From an uncultured Methanosarcinales archaeon (GTDB lineage Archaea; Nanobdellota; Nanobdellia; Woesearchaeales; B54-G15): a DNA stretch of 57,819 bases. Shown piece after piece: positions 54,827-57,819 of the stretch. How positions within the stretch are numbered: position 1 is the first letter of the stretch; each line of letters starts with the position of its first letter. The notes beneath the pieces were generated by a model. The model searched no databases and was not told the origin of the DNA. It saw only the letters and a program-made list of their open reading frames with translations. Location: contig CAZFJK010000001.1 in NCBI GenBank assembly GCA_964519225.1, positions 21,804 through 79,622 on the forward strand, read 5' to 3'. Both the position numbers and the translations under genes were made by a program.

Positions 54827-56385
54827 AACAAATATTCACATCATTTCGCGTAATCCTTGCATTAATACTTGTATTACTTGCAATCGTTGCAATACATCCA
54901 AATCCATTTGCAAAAGGCGTTGCTATCAGGGCTGTTAAATTCAACAGCAGTGCTGCAATAGCAGGAATTCCATCACCAAAGCCGGCAACACCTCCGATGA
55001 GCAGAGAGGTTGTATTGGCAATAAATAACATTCCGATAAAAACAATCGAAGACTTTTATGCAATTTCATCAAAAATAGAACCGAACAGAACAGTCTATAT
55101 CAAAACAAACAAAGATGTGTACAAACTTGTCACAAAAGAAAACGAAACATACTTTGGCTTAACAGTATATCAAGCTCCTAAAACAAATATTAGAAAAGGC
55201 TTAGACCTCGCTGGCGGAACCCGCGTTCTGCTAAAACCAGAAAAACCTCTTTCTAAAGACGAAATGGAAATGCTCATAGCAAACATGAAATACAGATTAA
55301 ACATCTACGGCCTTAGTGATGTTGTTGTTCGTGAAGCTTCGGACCTTGCAGGAAACCAATACGTCTTAGTTGAAATAGCAGGAGCAAAAGAAGAAGAAGT
55401 CAAAGAACTACTTGCAAAACAAGGAAAGTTCGAAGCAACCATCGGCAATAAAACAGTATTCAGAGGGGGTTCTGACATAACTTATGTTTGCAGATCAGCA
55501 GATTGCGCAGGCATTGATCCTCAATACGGCTGTGGAAAAGGCACTGACGGTTGGATATGCAGATTCAGATTTGCAATTTCTCTAAGTCCAGAAGCAGCAA
55601 AAAGACAGGCAGAACTCACAAAAAACCTTTCAGTCGTCACGCAAAATGGTGAGCAATATCTCAGCGAAAAACTCGTTCTTTACCTTGATAACAAAAAAGT
55701 CGATGAATTAAACATTGGTGCTGAACTAAAAGGCAGAGCAGTAACAGATATCTCAATAAGCGGCTCTGGCATTGGAAGAACAAAACAAGAAGCAATATTC
55801 AATGCATTGCAAAACATGAAACGCTTACAAACAATCCTAATCACAGGAAGCCTGCCAGTAAAACTTGACATCGTAAAAACAGACGCTATATCTGCTGTTT
55901 TTGGTCCTGTTTTTCTCAAAAATGCATTGCTCGTCGGCTTCGTAGCCCTTATCGGCATTGGAATCATAATCTTCATCAGATACAGAAGAATATCAATAGC
56001 CATTCCTATCATGCTTACGTGCTTAACAGAACTAATTATCTTACTCGGATTTGCTGCACTCGTCGGCTGGAACATAGACCTAGCAGCAATCGCAGGAATA
56101 ATAATTGCTATCGGCACAGGAGTAGATCACCAGATCGTTATAACAGATGAAATACTTCGCGGAGAAGCACAAACAACACACGATTGGCGAAGGCGCATTA
56201 AAAATGCATTCTTCATAATAATGGCAGCATTCACAACAACCGTTGTTGCAATGATCCCTCTATGGTTTGCAGGAGCTGGCCTTCTAAAAGGTTTTGCTCT
56301 TACAACCATCGCAGGAATAACTATTGGCGTTTTTATCAGCAGACCCGCATATGCAAAAATAGTAGAAATTCTTCTTAAAAAATGA
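54814..56385 (+). CDS. secD: protein-export membrane protein SecD (with PDZ-like N-terminal insert)
   Basis: GLDLAGGTRVLL, C-terminal TM bundle (AIGTGVDHQIVITDE). ATG 54814 overlaps the secF end. Confidence 0.9.
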   Translation: MGKIKQIFTSFRVILALILVLLAIVAIHPNPFAKGVAIRAVKFNSSAAIAGIPSPKPATPPMSREVVLAINNIPIKTIEDFYAISSKIEPNRTVYIKTNKDVYKLVTKENETYFGLTVYQAPKTNIRKGLDLAGGTRVLLKPEKPLSKDEMEMLIANMKYRLNIYGLSDVVVREASDLAGNQYVLVEIAGAKEEEVKELLAKQGKFEATIGNKTVFRGGSDITYVCRSADCAGIDPQYGCGKGTDGWICRFRFAISLSPEAAKRQAELTKNLSVVTQNGEQYLSEKLVLYLDNKKVDELNIGAELKGRAVTDISISGSGIGRTKQEAIFNALQNMKRLQTILITGSLPVKLDIVKTDAISAVFGPVFLKNALLVGFVALIGIGIIIFIRYRRISIAIPIMLTCLTELIILLGFAALVGWNIDLAAIAGIIIAIGTGVDHQIVITDEILRGEAQTTHDWRRRIKNAFFIIMAAFTTTVVAMIPLWFAGAGLLKGFALTTIAGITIGVFISRPAYAKIVEILLKK

Positions 56386-56747
56386 ATCAAAAGATTATTG
56401 CAATAGCACTAATCGCACTCGGAACCCTTTTTACCTCAATTGCAGCTACCCTATACAAGCTTGGCGCTGATAGCTGGAATTTCATAACAATCTTTATTGG
56501 ATTTTGTCTCTATTTCACAGCAGGCATTTTGCTTATTCTAGCTTTGAAAAGAGCAGAAGTTACCCTTGTCTATCCTGTATTTGCAACCTCATACATATGG
56601 GTTCTAATAATTGCATTTTTCCTGTTTAAAGAAAAATTCAATTTCATCAAGATATTTTCAATATTCCTAATCATTCTCGGCATTACAGCATTGTCTTTTG
56701 GTTCGCATCAACAAACAAATCAAAAAATCAAAGCCGAACTAAAATGA
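56382..56747 (+). CDS. 4-TM SMR/EamA-like half transporter, subunit 1
   Basis: About 120 aa, four hydrophobic helices. ATGA overlap with neighbours. Confidence 0.7.
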   Translation: MNQKIIAIALIALGTLFTSIAATLYKLGADSWNFITIFIGFCLYFTAGILLILALKRAEVTLVYPVFATSYIWVLIIAFFLFKEKFNFIKIFSIFLIILGITALSFGSHQQTNQKIKAELK

Positions 56748-57112
56748 CAACGCATTGGTGGGGCATAACACTTGTAGCAATCTCGTCTTTAATAGCTGGA
56801 CTAGGACCAACATTCCTAAAACGAGGAAGCGACAATTTCGACCTAAAAGATGTTTTTAAGTTCAAACTAAAAAAACTCGTAAAAAATAAAAATTTAGTAA
56901 AAGGTGCTCTCCTTTATTTTTTGGCAACCCTCTTCTTTGTCCCAGGATTGCGCGGCGGTGAAATCAGCATTCTCTATCCAGTTGCATCATCAACCTACAT
57001 ATGGGTTTGCATATTCTCAAAAATCATTCTAAAAGAAAAAATAAACATCACAAAAGCCTTTGGAATAGCACTAATAATCCTTGGAATTTCTCTCTTAGGG
57101 ATATTTAAGTAA
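56744..57112 (+). CDS. 4-TM SMR/EamA-like half transporter, subunit 2
   Basis: Same size and topology as the preceding gene; paired arrangement. Confidence 0.7.
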   Translation: MTTHWWGITLVAISSLIAGLGPTFLKRGSDNFDLKDVFKFKLKKLVKNKNLVKGALLYFLATLFFVPGLRGGEISILYPVASSTYIWVCIFSKIILKEKINITKAFGIALIILGISLLGIFK

Positions 57113-57143
57113 GTTTTTTAATGTCTTATTCTCTCCTTATCCC

Positions 57144-57815
57144 ATGCCCATAATCATCTCTCTCGGAGGTTCAGTTATCATTAACGAAAAAACCCAACTT
57201 CCAGATACAAAATTTCTAAAAAGATTCATTAATCTAATTAAATCATTCAAACAAAAACGTTTCATTATTGTATGCGGCGGCGGAACAACAGCAAGAAATT
57301 ACATGCAAGCACTAAAGCAAATATCAACAACAACATCAAAAGAACTCGATCTGCTAGGCATAGAAGCAACACTTCTTAATGCAACTCTACTAAAACTTGC
57401 ATTTAAAAATTATGCCCATAAAACCGTTGCTCAAAATCCGACAAAGCGCATTCGCTTTAAGCATGTCTTGATAGCTGCCGGCTGGCTTCCAGGACACAGC
57501 ACAGACTATGATGCAGTTCTTTGGGCTAAAACCTACAAAGAAAAACAAATCATAAACATAACCTGCGTTGATATGCTTCACGATAAAGACCCAAGAATTT
57601 ATCCAGATGCAAAACCAATTCCAAGAGCAACATGGAAAGAATTTTTCAAAATAATTAACAGTAAGTGGCGTCCAGGAATGAAAGCTCCATTCGACCCAAA
57701 GGCTTCAAGACTGGCTGCAAAACTCAACCTAAAACTTATTCTTGTTGGAAAAGATATAGAAAATCTCAGAAACTTAATTAAAGGAAAAACGTTTAGAGGA
57801 AGTGTAGTAGAATGA
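57144..57815 (+). CDS. pyrH: UMP kinase (archaeal type)
   Basis: IIISLGGSVI, VCGGGTTAR, GHSTD motifs. Confidence 0.9.
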   Translation: MPIIISLGGSVIINEKTQLPDTKFLKRFINLIKSFKQKRFIIVCGGGTTARNYMQALKQISTTTSKELDLLGIEATLLNATLLKLAFKNYAHKTVAQNPTKRIRFKHVLIAAGWLPGHSTDYDAVLWAKTYKEKQIINITCVDMLHDKDPRIYPDAKPIPRATWKEFFKIINSKWRPGMKAPFDPKASRLAAKLNLKLILVGKDIENLRNLIKGKTFRGSVVE

Positions 57816-57819
57816 TATT

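Noticed and set aside
1-57819. Scan for prophage, transposon, integron or CRISPR-Cas/defence hallmarks
   Set aside because: No integrase, transposase, terminal inverted repeats, cas genes or repeat-spacer array recognised. tRNA genes are not flanked by duplicated tRNA fragments. The intein is the only mobile element identified.

Overview
AT-rich, very gene-dense archaeal chromosome segment with many 4-30 nt gene overlaps. Archaeal markers include Orc1/Cdc6, FEN-1, RNase HII, SMC, two-subunit archaeal PheRS, Rpo7/Spt4/S24e/S27ae and L1/P0/P1 operons, class I CCA enzyme, archaeal UMP kinase, secFD, TATA boxes and GGTGAT-type Shine-Dalgarno sites. The compact layout, lysine-rich tails and patchy metabolism suggest a small-genome, DPANN-like archaeon; this is inference. 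RNA genes are tRNA-Pro(CGG), tRNA-Gly(UCC) and a stand-alone 5S rRNA. I saw no CRISPR array, transposase or integrase. The only clear mobile element is a 494-aa LAGLIDADG intein splitting RtcB just before its metal-binding Cys. No single region is a demonstrable novel system. The best candidates are: (1) a TATA-equipped 76-nt rod-like hairpin RNA with a cUUCGg cap at 7243-7318; (2) a three-gene operon (UPF0175-like HTH protein, enlarged PIN-like protein, untracked 58-aa zinc ribbon) divergent from orc1/cdc6; (3) an ORFan island at 24359-27697 (acidic alpha-repeat protein with a recent internal duplication, tandem paralogous small membrane proteins, a 285-aa ORFan) next to a stand-alone NurA nuclease; (4) an HPF/RaiA-like small protein; (5) a one-nucleotide frame break in an A5 run separating a coupled GTG start plus signal-peptide n-region from the S-layer-domain gene of an ABC operon. 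All functional calls rest on motif recognition by eye; no searches were run.
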